Of a DNA stretch of 64,000 nucleotides, positions 1 through 14,744 are shown piece after piece (the first letter of the stretch is position 1; each line of letters begins with the position of its first letter). The translations under genes and the position numbers were made by a program. Under the pieces are notes generated by a model. The model was given only the letters and a program-made list of their open reading frames with translations. It did no database searches and was not told where the DNA came from. This DNA is from Catajapyx aquilonaris (lineage: Eukaryota), in NCBI GenBank assembly GCA_000934665.2, contig KZ538095.1, forward strand, positions 62,001-126,000, read 5' to 3'.

Positions 1-1498
1 TGCTCTTTGAGCCATTTCATTAAGGTGGTCTGCAGATTTGCATAATGCAATATTATATAATGTACACTACGCTCTAAAACCCGTCGTAACACCTGCTTAT
101 AATGCACAATCTTTATATTACTGTATTCTAACACCTCTCTGTAGAGTCGTCGCCTATCCATCACACAGATCCTGAAAATATTTGAGAAATAATAAAACTT
201 TCTCTGTTTGCAGCGATACTTCTTATTTAATCAACTGATACCTCTCTGTGTACAGAATACAGTATAGTAACAATCCATAAAATATGTGCTGCAGATAGGC
301 CTGTAGGTCGATCTATTTTTGAAGCTTCCTTGTCGCAGTACCTTGTCACAAACTGGCACGCCTGTACAGACGTACAGTGCAAACAGGCAAAACCTTGCAT
401 GTGGAACACAGAACACTCCTTTTTATGACCATCCGCAGCTTATTTCGCCTCCTCCGAAGCCACCGCGCACAATCGTACCCTCCAAATGTACTATGAAATT
501 AAAAACATGCGTCGCAGTATATGATGTAAGTAAGACGTGTGGTGACGAGCCAATAGTAATCGAGCATAATCCTATAATTAGCCATAGGTGGGGGACATGG
601 CTAAAGGGATGGAGGGCAGGGCAGAATCCTCCTCCTATCCATTAGTCAGTTGGGAGGATTCCTCCTGCAGCTAACTCTTCCATAACTTGGCAGCAGCAGA
701 CACAAGGCTGGCATTGTGCAAATAGCTAGCCGAGGGCCTGGTTATTTACTGGCGGCCTGTGGCCAGAGCCTGGATTGGGCCTACTGGGAGAGGCCATCCA
801 GCAGCTGACGAATGGTCCATAAAGGAATCGCACACCTTTGAAGTCTGTTTACGGAGCAATTATCGCCGCGATGGAGTTCCATAAGGCACAAGGAAGCCGC
901 TTTGCCTTTTTTTTGCAACCCCCAAGCCGACTATCACTTTGTGCAAACCTGCGAATATGCCCGCTTACACGGTAAATAACCCATGTAAATGAAATGATTT
1001 GTTTAGCCAAATTGCAGCCAGGCGTAAATCCAATTGAGCAAGATGAAACAAATGGGCGGTCCCTTGCTGCGAGGTGTCTTATTAGTCCCCTTGATTTCAC
1101 CCCCTCCGGTTCACATCTGAATGGACCAGTGACCCTTTGGAGAGAGGGGGTCCAGAATGGAGCCAGCGGGAGGTCATCCGGTACATCCGCATAGGGGTGT
1201 TCCTGGGTTCGTATCCCTGTCACATACTTTCTGACTCACCCTGTATGGAGCAGAGACCGGTTTGGCCATTTATTAGTTGCCAGCCCCTGTGTGCTAAATA
1301 TAATCCGACCGTAACGCGCCTAGCGGGATGATAATTCGATTTGAAAATTAAATTTGGGTTTGGAGTCGGCGCCATAAAAGAAGGGCGGCCATCAGCTCCG
1401 ATTAGAGGGACCGGATCCAAAAGAGTAGTCTCCGGAATCTAACCTCATCCGAGGTGTGTTCTCTCCCCATCTCCCCCTCCCCCCTCCAGGGCAGCACC

Positions 1499-1757
1499 CC
1501 ATTAGCCAATTAGGCCAATCAGGTCAATCGGCCCCAATCCATCTGATGTGTAGAACCGTCATAACCCCCCCGAAAAAAAAGGGTGAGGGATAGGATGACT
1601 CCAGGCTATGACCTGGACATATATCATTATTTTTTTAATATAAAATTTTTATTTTTATTTGGAAGTGTTATATTCCTAGTCGATGTGAGAGTAGCTGGCG
1701 CTAAGCAGTACCCGGGCCGACATCTGTGAGGCTGGGTGGAAACTACAGCTCCCAGGC
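1499..1757 (+). promoter_or_regulatory. Tandem CCAAT array plus ZNF143/THAP11-type motif
   Basis: CCAAT at 1506, 1515 and 1534, and TCAAT at 1524 (9-10 bp period). ACTACAGCTCCCAG at 1742-1755 matches ACTAYRnnnCCCR. Confidence 0.4.
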
Positions 1758-4700
1758 TCGGAGATTCTGAAAGGAAGGGAAGTGCACTTGAGGTCATCTT
1801 ACAACCTGCCTCTACAATGTTTCAATCTCACTGTACCGTCATACATTGTAACAATGCAAATATTGACAATGTGTGAATTGACGTAACCCCTTGAAATAAT
1901 TCGCCACTTTATTATTTAAACACCGGTTGTACTGTAATGTGGTAAGCCAGTATGAAGCAGCAGGCGGGTGATTCGCGGACCACAGCAAAAGGATGTTGCA
2001 GATAGGAAATGCAAATGAAGTCGGCATGCAGAGAGAGAGAGGTGGTGAGGCGGGGGGGTGCTTCTGTCTATGCAGTCGCGAATCTTCATCTGGCGCGAGA
2101 GCATGCATTTCACAGTGGGCATCATCCTGGGCTGGGAATAAAATAGGCCGGCACCGGAGGTATTTGTTCCGCCTGCTTGAAATGAGCGTAAAGGTGGGAG
2201 CAATCTGCAATGTAATAAGTTAGCCCTCTCCGTGTTGTTGCAAAGCCAACGGCCGTGGACCGAGTAACAGATGCACGCGTTTCCAAATTAAACACCAAGC
2301 CAGTAGTAGGCAGCAGGCCTGCACCGTTGGAAATTAGATATACACGCGACAGCTAAGAACTGTTCCATCACTCTTGCGCACGCATCAAACACAATTCTGC
2401 TGAGCTACGAGCCTCAAAATTGCGAATCTACAGGACTCATTGTGCAGATTTTTTTCAACCGGCAATTGCGCTCATGATAATAAAAAAAAAGGTGATAAGA
2501 ACAACAATTGACGGATCCCCATCTGAAGTGAAAAGGTTGTTCAATGATCGTAGTCGATTTCGGTATACTGCGGCCATATATATATGGAGGGGCCGATATG
2601 ATGCACCGTGTCCCGATTTAACCCTTAGGGTACCGAGAGAGAAAATCGGTTTTACAACAGGGGGGGCCATAACTCTTTTAGCAATTCCACGTCCCCTGCA
2701 ACCATACAGTCTTATTTTAAAAGAAGGAAGAAGTTGTCTCACGCCAACAAAACCAGCGGGGGTTATTTAGATTGCCCCGCATTTTATCCGGGCTTCTATC
2801 TCGCATGGGGCTACAAACCCACACACACATGATCTAACCAAGCACACACTCCTCCTATCTTATTTTTTATAAAGTGAAGGAAATTGCTTTATGATGTAGC
2901 GAGCTCGGCGTGATTTATGCCGATAACAGCCACAGCTGAGACCCCTTTTCCGTGGGCCCCGGGGCGGCCACAGCCTCATTAATTTCCTAAGAGATGCCAA
3001 CATGAGTGTGTGAAACACATCACATTCCACGGGTTGGTGGATAATTATAAAAATGTAGTCCTTGCTCTTGGTCGCTCATAAACTTTTATTTAGTCAAACA
3101 TTATGTGTAGGTGTAGGGGTGTTGCCATATGGTGGTATTCGCCTTTTGTGAGGGGTAAGTCAAAGGGGAAACTATTCCCAGCAGCAGTCAAAAGAAAGGG
3201 GAAAAAATGGCTTGAGTCATCCGTGAAAATAGAAGGGCCCCCAAGGATATGACATGATTTAACTAAATAAATGCTCAAGATAGACTTCTTGGAAGGGACC
3301 GTATGGTGAAACTTGCTAACAACCTGCGCTGTCTGAATAACGTGTTTCTTGGTACTGAGATATTTTGAAACAATTCATCTCGACAGGTGCGAATCAACAG
3401 TGTGAATAAGCAATCATTGCTAATTTTTATCCCTTATAAGGAAGAGTATATTTTCATCTAAAGTTTTACAAGGTCAAAATCCGGATGCATGGCCTAGCTA
3501 AGATTGATTTTGACTGTTATTTAGTATACCATATGGTCATCTCATGTAGGACCACACACCCACTCAACTTCCGCTCCCATAAAATTCCCGGATTTGGTGC
3601 ACATCATGCAGCTGACGGGCAGTACAGGTGAATAAGAACGCCCTTGGAAAGAGAAAGCTGCTTTTCATCAGCAGTTGTGAGTTCTATTAATTATTTGCCC
3701 TTGTACATAGATCATTAACAACTTGCCCTATTTCCAGCCTATTTACTGATCATTCTGAAATGCACGATATTCAGATATGGGAAGGTTGGGGTTAAGAAAG
3801 GTGTTGCAGAGTAAGTGACGGAGGTTATTTCTTGAAGAAAGAAAAAAAAGAAGTGTAGAAGAGTTGTCGGGGGCGAAAAAGGGCAGAAGTGGCTTCTTGG
3901 TTGAGGGGTCCGAGGTATTGATCGAATGGGCAGCTGGGGAATGACCAGGGGGTGGTGGGGGGCAGCCAATAGGAAGCCTTGGCTGGAGTGGACCTGCACC
4001 GGACAAGGAGGTGGAGTAGGCGCTACACTCTACAAAAATCCAACCTTCGATTGCTCAAAACACCAGGTGGCCTTTTCGCCACATCTGACGCTCAATTTGG
4101 GACTCCTCGTTTTGCCTAACACATGGGAGTCCCTCGTATATATGTTCCTATTCGGCTCAAAATGCGTTGGATAGTAGCATGTAAGTTGCATGTCGAATTT
4201 GCATCGCTTTGCATCCAAAGTCTGCCCATTGAGTGTATCCTGGGCGGGTAGACAACCCTTAAGACCGTGACGTTAGCCAGGAAGTATATGATGGCAGGGG
4301 CAGGAACGAAGATGCAAATACTGTACAACCATCAACATTCAGCTAATTTAAAAAAATTAAACAACTGGCCAAAACTATTTTGACAGTGCATCATATTAGT
4401 TATTATACTCAACTACTTGTTATAAAACTAGTTGATGTTTTGGCTTCTGGCTGCGGATTCTATAGGGTATTGCGCATAATTATTATAGCGAAGCAGGGAT
4501 TAAAGGATAGCGTGGCATTTTACGGAATGGACGGAATTTCAATAGCGCCATGTAATTGGAAATTCTGGGCTCCTATATTCTGCAGCAGAGACTACTACTG
4601 ACGTGAGTGTTTTTCAGTGATTTTCAGTAGCATGTGCCCAACAATTCCTGCCCATATTTATGACCATGACAAGGCTAAACTGTACATCAGATTTGAATAA

Positions 4701-7588
4701 TTTCTGTATGCAATAAATATGTAGTTAAATTGAAATTCTACATGTTGGAATGTTGCATGCAGCGTTCAATCAGATGAAACAATGCGCACGTATGAACGAG
4801 GTATTAACGCGGTAAAGGTACCGTGGGACATATGCAATCGGCTTATGTTAATGCGTTACATACATGGGATGCGGTATTTGGGCTTGATATTGTGAGAATA
4901 GGTTTAGTCTGTTTACATCACACGTGATGTATCACTTCATATAAATAAATCAGTGTCATGTTAAATATTGAAATACTATTACCAAAGCAATGTAATCACG
5001 TTTGCAATTTATAAATAAATATTTTGTTTATAGTTTTTTTTGTGTCGAGACTCGAATTTCCACAATCATGTAGACAGACTCGGGCCTTTTTGCAGTGTAA
5101 GAAAGAGGGAGGGGACTCTTGAAAAACAAGGGAGGGCGGGGTGAAGGATGCCATAGTTCATATCGGACTGGGTGGGGGGACCAAAGCCCTTTGCCCATTG
5201 GCGGAAGGCGAAGAGGTGAAATGGACTGGGTAGGTGGATGGGGAGACAGCAAGAGGTGGGGGAGAAGGATAGTTATGGATTCCCCTCCAGCACTTGCACG
5301 TCTTATTGTGTTGCTGGACCAGAAATATATTTGGACGAACAAAAATTCAGTAAAAACATGACGCATTAAAATATGGACCCAATATAGCCTGAAGGAAGCG
5401 AGGGGAAAAGATGTCTGGTGTGAAGTTTTCACACGTCAGGGCGGCGCACAAGATGACGCTTTCCCAGATTATCTCAAGCCATAGTTGAGAGTATAGGACA
5501 TGGCAGGCAGTAATTGAACACGGCCGATATTCGAGGCTAAGAAGAAAAACCAACAGGCTGTTTCCCTTGCATTGGGGGGGCTTATATTTCCTCGCACTTT
5601 GCCCGCCTGGAAAATTATCACATGCTGCTCAGAGACAAAAGAAAAAGAAGGGCCATTTAATGCACCATTTAACATGGTCCCCTCTCTTCATATGCTCGGG
5701 GACATCAAGGGGAGATCAGTGAGTCAGCCAACCATCAGCACTCTACCAAGGTGAAACTTATGGGTTTAGTACAGTATCGTAAAAAATATATATATGTATA
5801 TTGGGATCATCCTGTAGAAAAGGTGGCAGAAAAAAAAGATGCAGAAGCGGTTGGAGACTGATCATGATTGGCCGCATCCTTTCAAAGCGAACCGGCCTTC
5901 CATTCAACCGATACAATCCACGCCCGAATGCCTTTCGGCTCACTTTTTCATCTTCCCTCCCCACCCACCCCAAGCTCCCCCTTCGGTACACCCGTTTAAC
6001 TGTAGGCTGTCCCAAAGCGATTAATGATTTTGTGTCTTGAATAAGTTACGAGACAATGCACACGTCCGTCTGTCTCTGGCTGTGTGTGTGTGAGCGTATG
6101 TGTGGACCATGCGTGTGTGCATGTCCTCTTTTTTTTAGAAGAGTAAATTCAGAGTTGGGTGGAAGGGAGGGTGTGCTCTCCAGGTCTCTTTCATCAGTAT
6201 GTATACACAACAAAGTCTGGGAAACCAAAGTCGGGGGGCTTAAAAGGGTCAATTAGTCATCACAAGGGAGGCTTCAGACTTGCGACGAGGTGCTTGGCTA
6301 TGCAGAATCGCGGCCAGTGTTGTTTACGATTTTCGCTGATTGCAGTGAGACAACGGGGAAGCCCCGGTTTATGGAATGGAGGCTCCGGAAATTGAAATTG
6401 CGGGAGGTCAACAAGGATTGGATTTCTATGGGTTTCTGTACGGCTAGAAGGCACAAACATTTTGTAGTATCATATAATCAGAGAACAACAGGTCCTTATT
6501 ATAATGCATATAATAGATGACAAAACTTCCCATTAAGCCAGAGTGCCCACTTGTGGACTCCCTTATAATCAACACCGGCTCCCAATATGGTGTTGGCATC
6601 AGTTAGGGTAAACCGGGCATGAACCTATGGATATGACATGATCGCTAATCTTCCAAAGTGAACAAATGGTGTCGATATCACACGCTCCTTTGGCCACATA
6701 AAGGTCGAGTTACGTCACAGCCTTGATCCGGAACCAACTGGAACATGTGGCCAAACTCCCCTTGTATTTTATTCCTATATACGTTCCCCACCCCTCCAAG
6801 TAGGGTGACAACTTCATCAAAACGAGTCCTCTCTCATACTTCATTTAGTATTTATTGAATTGGGGACCCTCGGAATCCAGCTTTCCCACTTGTCCTTTGC
6901 CATCAGCCGAATAATTACAACCGGGCTTATCCACGAATCCCAAACAAAAGCTCTCTTACAACTACCACTCTTTTTTCCCCTACCTGCTAAAAACCTATTT
7001 TATTCCATATGCACGGTTCAATTTTGGACTCCCGATGCTCCTGCATGAAATTGGACATAGCAGAACCTCCATCAATTAACCATACCTCCATGAATTTATT
7101 CGTGGGTCCAATTTGTAAACCGGATAACCGTCTCTCCCTGCTCACGCATTTATCAACCGCTAGAAAATCCATGCTTTGCAGCACATGACAAAACAGCAAG
7201 GGTACGACCTCTACCGTTAAAAATAATGGGATGGAAATAACAGAGGTCAATCGATATGAGCTGTATGAGAATGCTAGCATGTGTCAGATTCCTTGCACGT
7301 TTTATTTATGGATGGTCCAGATCCTGATCAAAAATTTATGCCGCTGCTGGATGTCCCCCCCTCTCTTTTCAAACGATGGCATGAAAATGACAAAAGGTCG
7401 ATCGCGCGATCAGGCGGGTGATGTCTGAAGAATGCGGTGCCTGGTGACTGATGTCGCAAGGGGGAAAAAAAAGTATAGAACCGGTCGGGTCTATCTGTAA
7501 GGCGGATCTAATAGGGACCTCATTAGGAGGAGATTATGGAAAAATTGGATGGGGGGAAAAGTATGGGGACTTGGCATAACCTGACACC

Positions 7589-7637
7589 ACTGGAGCTGAA
7601 AAAGGTCTTTTGACTAAGGGACGCATTCAGTATACGT
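7589..7637 (-). ncRNA. miR-iab-4-5p-like sequence (degenerate hairpin relic, or near-perfect target site on the + strand)
   Basis: The minus strand at 7637-7616 reads ACGTATACTGAATGCGTCCCTT, versus miR-iab-4-5p ACGTATACTGAATGTATCCTGA (recalled from memory): first 14 nt identical, 17/19 overall. The hairpin is only partial (CTGAA/TTCAG and GTC/GAC pair; the outer stem is broken). Confidence 0.3.
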
Positions 7638-8666
7638 TCTTCTGATATGCTACGAAATAGGTGATGAAAATGAAATAGATTCCCACTAAAAAGGGGCCAA
7701 TTGGGCGGATCGAGCCAACACCTATCCATACGGAGCCGGCGATTAGGTCACCATTTGGCGCCCCTTTTAATTACTGGAAGCGATTTTCATTAACCCCCAT
7801 CAAGTCGGGGCGCGAGGAGCAAATGGTCCAAAGACTTTCGGCACGTCTTTTAAGACTTGAGGGAAAACCAGAATCGGCCAATTTGTCAACCTTTAACAAA
7901 TGATAAGCCGCAAACTCGGGAGGAGAGCCTCGCCGTAATGTAGCGGGTTACTTTTTACTGCGCCGCGAGGCAGGAATGGGAGTTGAAGCCATTAGACAAT
8001 CAAAGAAGTCCCGCTGCCGCACCGACAAATAAAGTGGAAGAAAGACAGCGAGCAGCCATTCAGAAGGGACAAGCCTTCCTTTTTACGAGAGGAAATTCTC
8101 TTAACTCAAGGGATCCCCCCTCTTCTGCTCCTTTTCTCGGACGGATTAAGATTTCCCCACCACCAATGTTTCCAGGAGTGCCACTTGGCCTGGACGCTTC
8201 CAGAAAACTTTTTTTTTCTACGATCCCCACACCTCTTTATGGAGGACAGCTTTTTTCCCTAGATTTTATTTACCAGGTCGCACCTTCGTCCCGGTCTGGA
8301 TTCAAAATGGACGGCAGTGTCCAGGGTTAATCCAGAATGCACGGGGGGTGGTGCAAAGGGGCACCTATCCGACACCAGTTGGAAACTAATAAAATCATGG
8401 GTTGTAGCAAATAATTTAGTTCCTATACGTGAATATATTTATACACGTCCTATTTTCAAGGAAATGCAAATTATTCATCATACTGCATAATTTTATTCAG
8501 TTCCAAGTGGTGCATAAAATGTCAAAATGCATGAATATATTCACCATGTCCATGTGCTGTGTGAATTAAATTACTGTAAATGCTCTGTGCATAGAGTGAA
8601 TGGTTTTTGGACATTCATATACTGACATATTTCTGTGAATTTACTCAGTGTACTCCAACAATGTGC

Positions 8667-8732
<66 letters not shown>
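8667..8732 (+). repeat. (AAT)22 microsatellite
   Basis: Perfect trinucleotide run; it explains the poly-N and poly-Y ORFs. Confidence 0.98.
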
Positions 8733-8733
<1 letters not shown>

Positions 8734-11700
8734 TAACCTCCAGTACTGCACTAGGGAGAAACCTAATTTTTGGGACGACAATTCTTTGGAGAGGACATTC
8801 CGCCCTGTCAGTCTCGCAACTTCAGGTCGATTGGTGGGCCTATATACCGCCTCTGGCAACATCTGTCTTGAACCAACACAGGTATAATCCTCCTTTTAAA
8901 CCCGGGTTTCAGTAACAGGGTCCATGGACGGGATTACAGCATTGAGCAGGGGACATCGTCAAGCTCAGGTCACACAGCAGGAGGGGGTCGCTGCTCTAAA
9001 AAATTCTTATTCAAATGTATCATATTTGCTGGCTGTCCTTTGAAGATTGCTCAGGTGGCAGAAGCCGACCGGCTGCAAAGAATCTCTTTTTTATATAAAT
9101 GCTTCTGAGGACATCTGCGCCAGATGTCACAAGATGGCCATAAAGTTGCTAGGGAGAGGGGAGGGGGGGGGGGGGAAAGCTGTTGATTAAGCAGCCATGT
9201 TGTCATCGACGGCCATTTTGCACGCTTTAGTGCGCGGGAGGTGCAATTCACGTCTTAAACCCGGATTAGGCGCAGAAAGTTGTCGGGTGAAGTTGGGCGG
9301 AGATGAAAGTCATAATTGAAAGCCGGAGCAGGTCGTAAAAAAGAAAGAGAGGAGGGGGATAGGAGGGAAGGAATAGAGGGGGAGGCGATATCAGTTTGGT
9401 CTCCTTGTTGCTTGGATTTTCACACCTCAGGGTGAAGACACGACCCCCACCTTTTCTTATGAGAAGGGCTTGATCGTCCATCTGCAGGGCACAGGCAGAG
9501 GCCAGATAAGACGGTGAAATATGCCTAATGCCCTTCCACTCAGGTGTTTCTTCCATCTCCAAACGGCCCATGGTACACGCATTGTTGCCAGAACCCCGGA
9601 GTGCTAATTATAGAGGAGACGAACTGGCATCGTAAAATCCAATTCACACAGTCACATCCTTTTCTCTGTGAAGCTTTTAGCTTATGACAATTGGAGCTTC
9701 TGAAGCTCCATTGGAAAGAAATAAGTGGTTATGTGATTGAATATTGAAGTACCTGACACTGACAAGAATTGTCCCCTAAACGACGCGTGTGGCATAATTT
9801 AATAGTACATTTAATGCGCAATTATTATGGTAAATTACTTGAACCTACACATTTGAGCTGAAACCTATACATTGCTCCAACATAACGGTTTGTCCTGTTG
9901 TGACCCTGAGTGCGTCTCTTTGTCCTCACCCAAACCCTTCCAAAAATTTGAGATTGATTTTATGTGAGAGTGTCCGGGACGGGTGACAAAATGCAAGGCT
10001 GTGGCAACACTGGGGGATGGTTCGAGCGGTGCGCCGACAGACTTCCAAAGATGGAGAGTGAGTTCATATTTCACGGTGGGGACCAAAAGGAAAAAGGCGA
10101 CAAGTAACGACCCGGCCCATGAACTCGACACGCTATCACAATGGCCCCGAGCGCCGAATTAATATATACACCCAGGTTTAGGATGTTGACTCTTAGGGAC
10201 ATCCACCACAAAAAAAATGGTATAAGATGTAACCGGCCTCTTGAGTGCTTGGTTGGCACGTATAGTCACTCCACCCTTGAAATCTTCGGTTCAAGGATGG
10301 GGTTGGACATATGGCTTTATGGTTCATCTGTCCCTTTGGCTTGATCAGCAACCGGTTGGGGCGTGGGTGGCATATGTGGCCCCCTTGAGATATGCCCATA
10401 CACGTGTAATTTGTATCCTGGGTGCAAACAACCTCCGGGACCAGTTCTGGGACCGAAGGTAGTAAAACATCCTCCTTCACGCCGGACAAGCCCTTTCAAG
10501 AATGTACTTGGAACTTATCAGGAGAAAATTTAGCACGATATTAAAGTCGTGTTGGGCTGGTAAGTTACGATGTCCCAAGCTAGGGCACAGGACTTTATCA
10601 TTGAATGTACCCTTGGCCTCTCGAGGTAATGGACGTTACATAAGAATAGATGGGGCTCGAGGATATGTGAAAGTGTGGAGGGAACGGACAGGTTACTAAT
10701 GAAGAAGGGTGTGAAGAGAATCCGGGCAAATAAATACGATGTTTGACCAACACCTGTGTAGCCAGATTTTACGACGCATACTTTGGCATAAATCTTGTAA
10801 GGCCTGGCAGTGGCATGGTGTCCCTCAAGGCCGGATCTGAACAACAAGGGATGAGTTTTTGGACCATGGAACATTGTTGCCCAATTATTTTTCACAAAAT
10901 ATGTTTCCATCCACCAGAGGCGCTGCATTCCCCATTGCGCAGGAGCAGAACAGGGCCAATCAGAAGCCTCGGCCTACCAGGAGCTACTTCAACTAAAACA
11001 ATTGGTAACCACGTAACAAATATCGTACTTTATTAGTGCAGCCCTGGTGATTCGCTTGCTCCACTGAACCATGCATCCAAAAATGATGATGGCCAGGTCG
11101 AACAGTAGGGCCTTGGTGTCCCCTGCTTGAAGCCAAGGGCTGAAAGCCGTGCCAGTAAGTGAGTTTGGTGTGTAGTAGCTCACACGCAATGAACCGCTAA
11201 CTGAGAGTAGATACATTAGCCCGCATCATTTGTATCGCCTCCATCAGGCAGAGAGAGCCAGTGAAGCCCCCCCTTTTCCAAACCCCCCACTAGCCCCCCC
11301 TTCAAAAAAAAGAGAAGTGAGGAAACCTAATTGATAATAGGGAGGGCATTGCAATGGGAAAGTGGCAAAGCGTGGCAGGCAACAATAGCTGTAAATATTT
11401 GAGCAGCTGGCAAGTAGGAACGTGTGTCGCGCGGTCTATAGAGGCGCGAATGACGGACAACCCATCCGCTTCTCTCCATAATTAAATGGGAAACAATCTG
11501 TCCATTTCCCCCGCTCAATCCGGCTCGACATGGAGCAGGGAGAGACAAAACCCTTGCAAAAATTTTCAGGGGGGTGGGGGAGGGGTGGGGGGTTGCGAGA
11601 GGACACGATTTCCCCAGCGCGCCAAATGTCTTGTTCCATGGCCATTAAAGGAGCCTTCCGCATGGGAATCCGGGCCAAAGGACCCTCACGACACTGATCT

Positions 11701-14700
11701 GTTTGTCCTTTGAGCAGACTCTCCTCCGGACCCCCATTTGCTTCTTCACTGAGTTGCCTTTGAGATGTTTTCCTTCCCACAAATTCTCTTGTCCTTCCTT
11801 TAGCTGTGGCAAAGCCTCCGCTAGCCTTCTCTCAGTAAGGGCTGGAAATACACCCCGCTCATATCCAACTTCTCCAAATAAATCGCATGTAAGGTAGAAG
11901 TTCCTGACACATTAATGACCTGATCCTGACCATAAGTTAAGCCCAGAAAAGAGTGTTGCACTGGTCTTGTTTGGGGTCTGGGAACGTGATACATTATTTC
12001 CAGGCCCAGCCGCATGCACATAGTCCGAGGCTAGTCTGAAGCATTGAGGGCCCAGCACCTCGGGAAAGCTCCCCCCCAATCTAGGAAGGAACACAGCAGC
12101 CAAGGCGAATAATGCCCTCCGTCCCTAAACCCCTCTTAATCCCTCCATACATATTGATAACGAGGGACAAGCCATGCTGTTCTGGGGAGGAGGTGGAAAG
12201 AGCTGAGGGGGGGATCTCTCCCTGGTGGTGCTTTTGCACAAGAGTGGGCAGACCCCGTCGCAAGGAGATTTGGTCCGGGGCGACTTTAGCCTCGGCAATG
12301 GCCATACAGGCGGGATGCGAAATTCTGACATTTGGAACCACTGAGCGAATATAGTGCTGGGAGGAGGCGGCAGGCTGGATCCCCAGGCAAGATTCCACCC
12401 GGCTGGACTTGGGTTTTAGGGGGGGCCATTCGACTCTAATTGCATGGTGTCCCCGTGGATATCGGACCGACTTCATGCTGCACAAAGCCTAGGGGATAAA
12501 GGCCGGAAAAGGAATTGCAAAGTAAAGCATGATGGCGGATTTGACTCCATGCCTTTTCCTTTTCCGTGAGGAACAACCTCGAACTTGCCAACCCGGAAGA
12601 TGGACCCCCACAACTGACACCCTTTTTTGAGGTCCTCCACAGTACCATGCAAGAGGTCTTCCATCTCCCGGACTGGCTGGGGTTGGGTTGCCCCAATCTG
12701 CTCCACCGCAATTGTGCCTCTGTCTCACTCGATAAGGCCGCTCATTTTCCGCTAAAGGAGACGGGGGAAAGGGAGCTGAGGGAAAGGAAGTTGGGTCCAC
12801 GACAAAAACAGAGCTGCAGGCGTTTCGGATTGGACCACAAGCGCCTGAGATATATACGTCGCTCTGCACCGGACAGCCCCAATTGAAATTTGGGGAAGGA
12901 GTTTGTCCCGACTGATTCCTTGAGTTGTGCGAGGTTCATAATGGGTCAGCTAATGAAGATTTGAAGCACACCACAATGGCTAATCAATTTCAGGCACTTT
13001 ATCCCACATATACAGCAGTGGTTTTTTTATGGCTGATAAAAATTGAGCTGCCGACAAAAAAGCTATAATGACCACAAAAAGGCGGAAAACGTGATGTTTA
13101 CAAATTCCGGCATGCCACTGATAATAGCCGGATAACATGCACGCAAAAATGGCATATTTCCGTCGCCACATTTGTTTTCTTCATCCTGCACACGAACAGT
13201 TTTTGCCATATTGAGGATGGGCATCTGAGTTTGTGACAACCAGATAAAAATCTTTTTGCTTGATCAGCTTAGAAGTAGTAGGAAAGTGAGGTGGGAATCG
13301 ATGCAAGGGCGATGGCTGGTACAGCAGTCTCATCACCGCTTCGCTTGTCACCCATTCCAGTTTGGGCGGGGGCCGCATGCAGACAATGATGGAACGGCAA
13401 ACGTAATTGGCCCTTATTGATCCCCGCCGAAGGCTTATTTCGTGGCCCGATTGAGCGCTTTTCGCCAGCTGAGCCGTTGCCTTCTTCTTACCCCCACTTC
13501 CTTCCTCTTCCTTTTTTTTCACTCTCAAACCTTCTTTTACGTATTGGCCCTCCTTTACTGGACTTGTTAGCCGATTATCTCGCGTTTGTTCTGCCACGGG
13601 AATGCATTCCTAGTGATGCTCATTCCCGCTGTCGAATCAAGGTGCTGGGAAGAAATTTGGTCAAATGTACACCAACATACAATTTTGCACTAAGTGAAAT
13701 TTACATGTGAAATCCAATAAAACTGTATCTGTATATATGTTAGTGAATGAAGAAAATCCTGGCTTGCTGGCTTATTTTTGAATTTTTACAGGCCTATATG
13801 GAGCTCTCCAGGTGCTGATTATACCATCTGACTGTGAGATATTATTTGAACGACAGAGTGCAATAATTATTATTATACACATTTTCATAATTGCAGTTTC
13901 GTATTTCTAGCACTGAACGAAACAGTGTTTGCTTCCCCTTCCTCGTAAATAACCCCATTATTCGTACAAGTTTTACAAGCCTCGTAGGCTATAAGTAGAC
14001 AAGGTGCGGATGACGACGTAGCGTTATCTGAAGCAACGGCACAACGCGTGTAATTCCATCACGCGCCAAGTGTATATCACTCTCCCCACATCCGCAAGAA
14101 GGTGCAAAATTCCCTCAAGAACCGCGACGGCACTGCGACGAAACACTCTAAACGCGACCCCGTAGCAGAAGAAAAAAAAATGTGCATGGGTAGCTGGTTT
14201 TTCTGTAGCTCTACATGCTCCATTTCCATGTGAAAGCAACCCCCTTCCTTCCAAAAGAGCTCCAGATCCCAGAATAGCGAAATGGAAGCAAGTGTCATCT
14301 AGAGCAAACTCTTGTCCCCGCCTTTTCCCTCCCTCCCTATCCTCCCACCTCCCTTTTCCTCGACGAGCCATTTCTTCCCAGCCTTATGCAAAACGGCTCT
14401 CCTTATTTGCGACGAAATGGCGTGTTCTCAAAATTTCTCCTTGGGCGCGGGCAGGGAGGAGTTAGTCCCCACTCCTCCACACCCTCTCTGGCGGAATTAG
14501 CTCCTAAATATTCATGGTGCTTGCTGAGACTCATATCAGTCGCTGTTCATTACAGGGCACAAGTTATTACCCCTATTACCATATCAAAAGCCCAGATATA
14601 GCCATTGAACAAGGCCTAGCACGTGGAATGAGAAGATACGCAATTGTATGGCATCTCGCAAGACAATCTTAATTTAGAACTCTCATTAGTTGAAAACGAA

Positions 14701-14744
14701 AAATGGAGCCGGCTTGCTTCTGCAGCTGGGTGAATTCCACCACA

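Noticed and set aside
9692..9710. Palindrome TGGAGCTTC-T-GAAGCTCCA as a heat-shock element
   Set aside because: The TTC-GAA spacing is 1 nt rather than 2, and it is an isolated short palindrome.
10141..11036. Cluster of short ORFs, one containing ICILGANN (SGNH-like), possibly an old retroelement
   Set aside because: No RT, endonuclease or other diagnostic motif, so it is unsupported.
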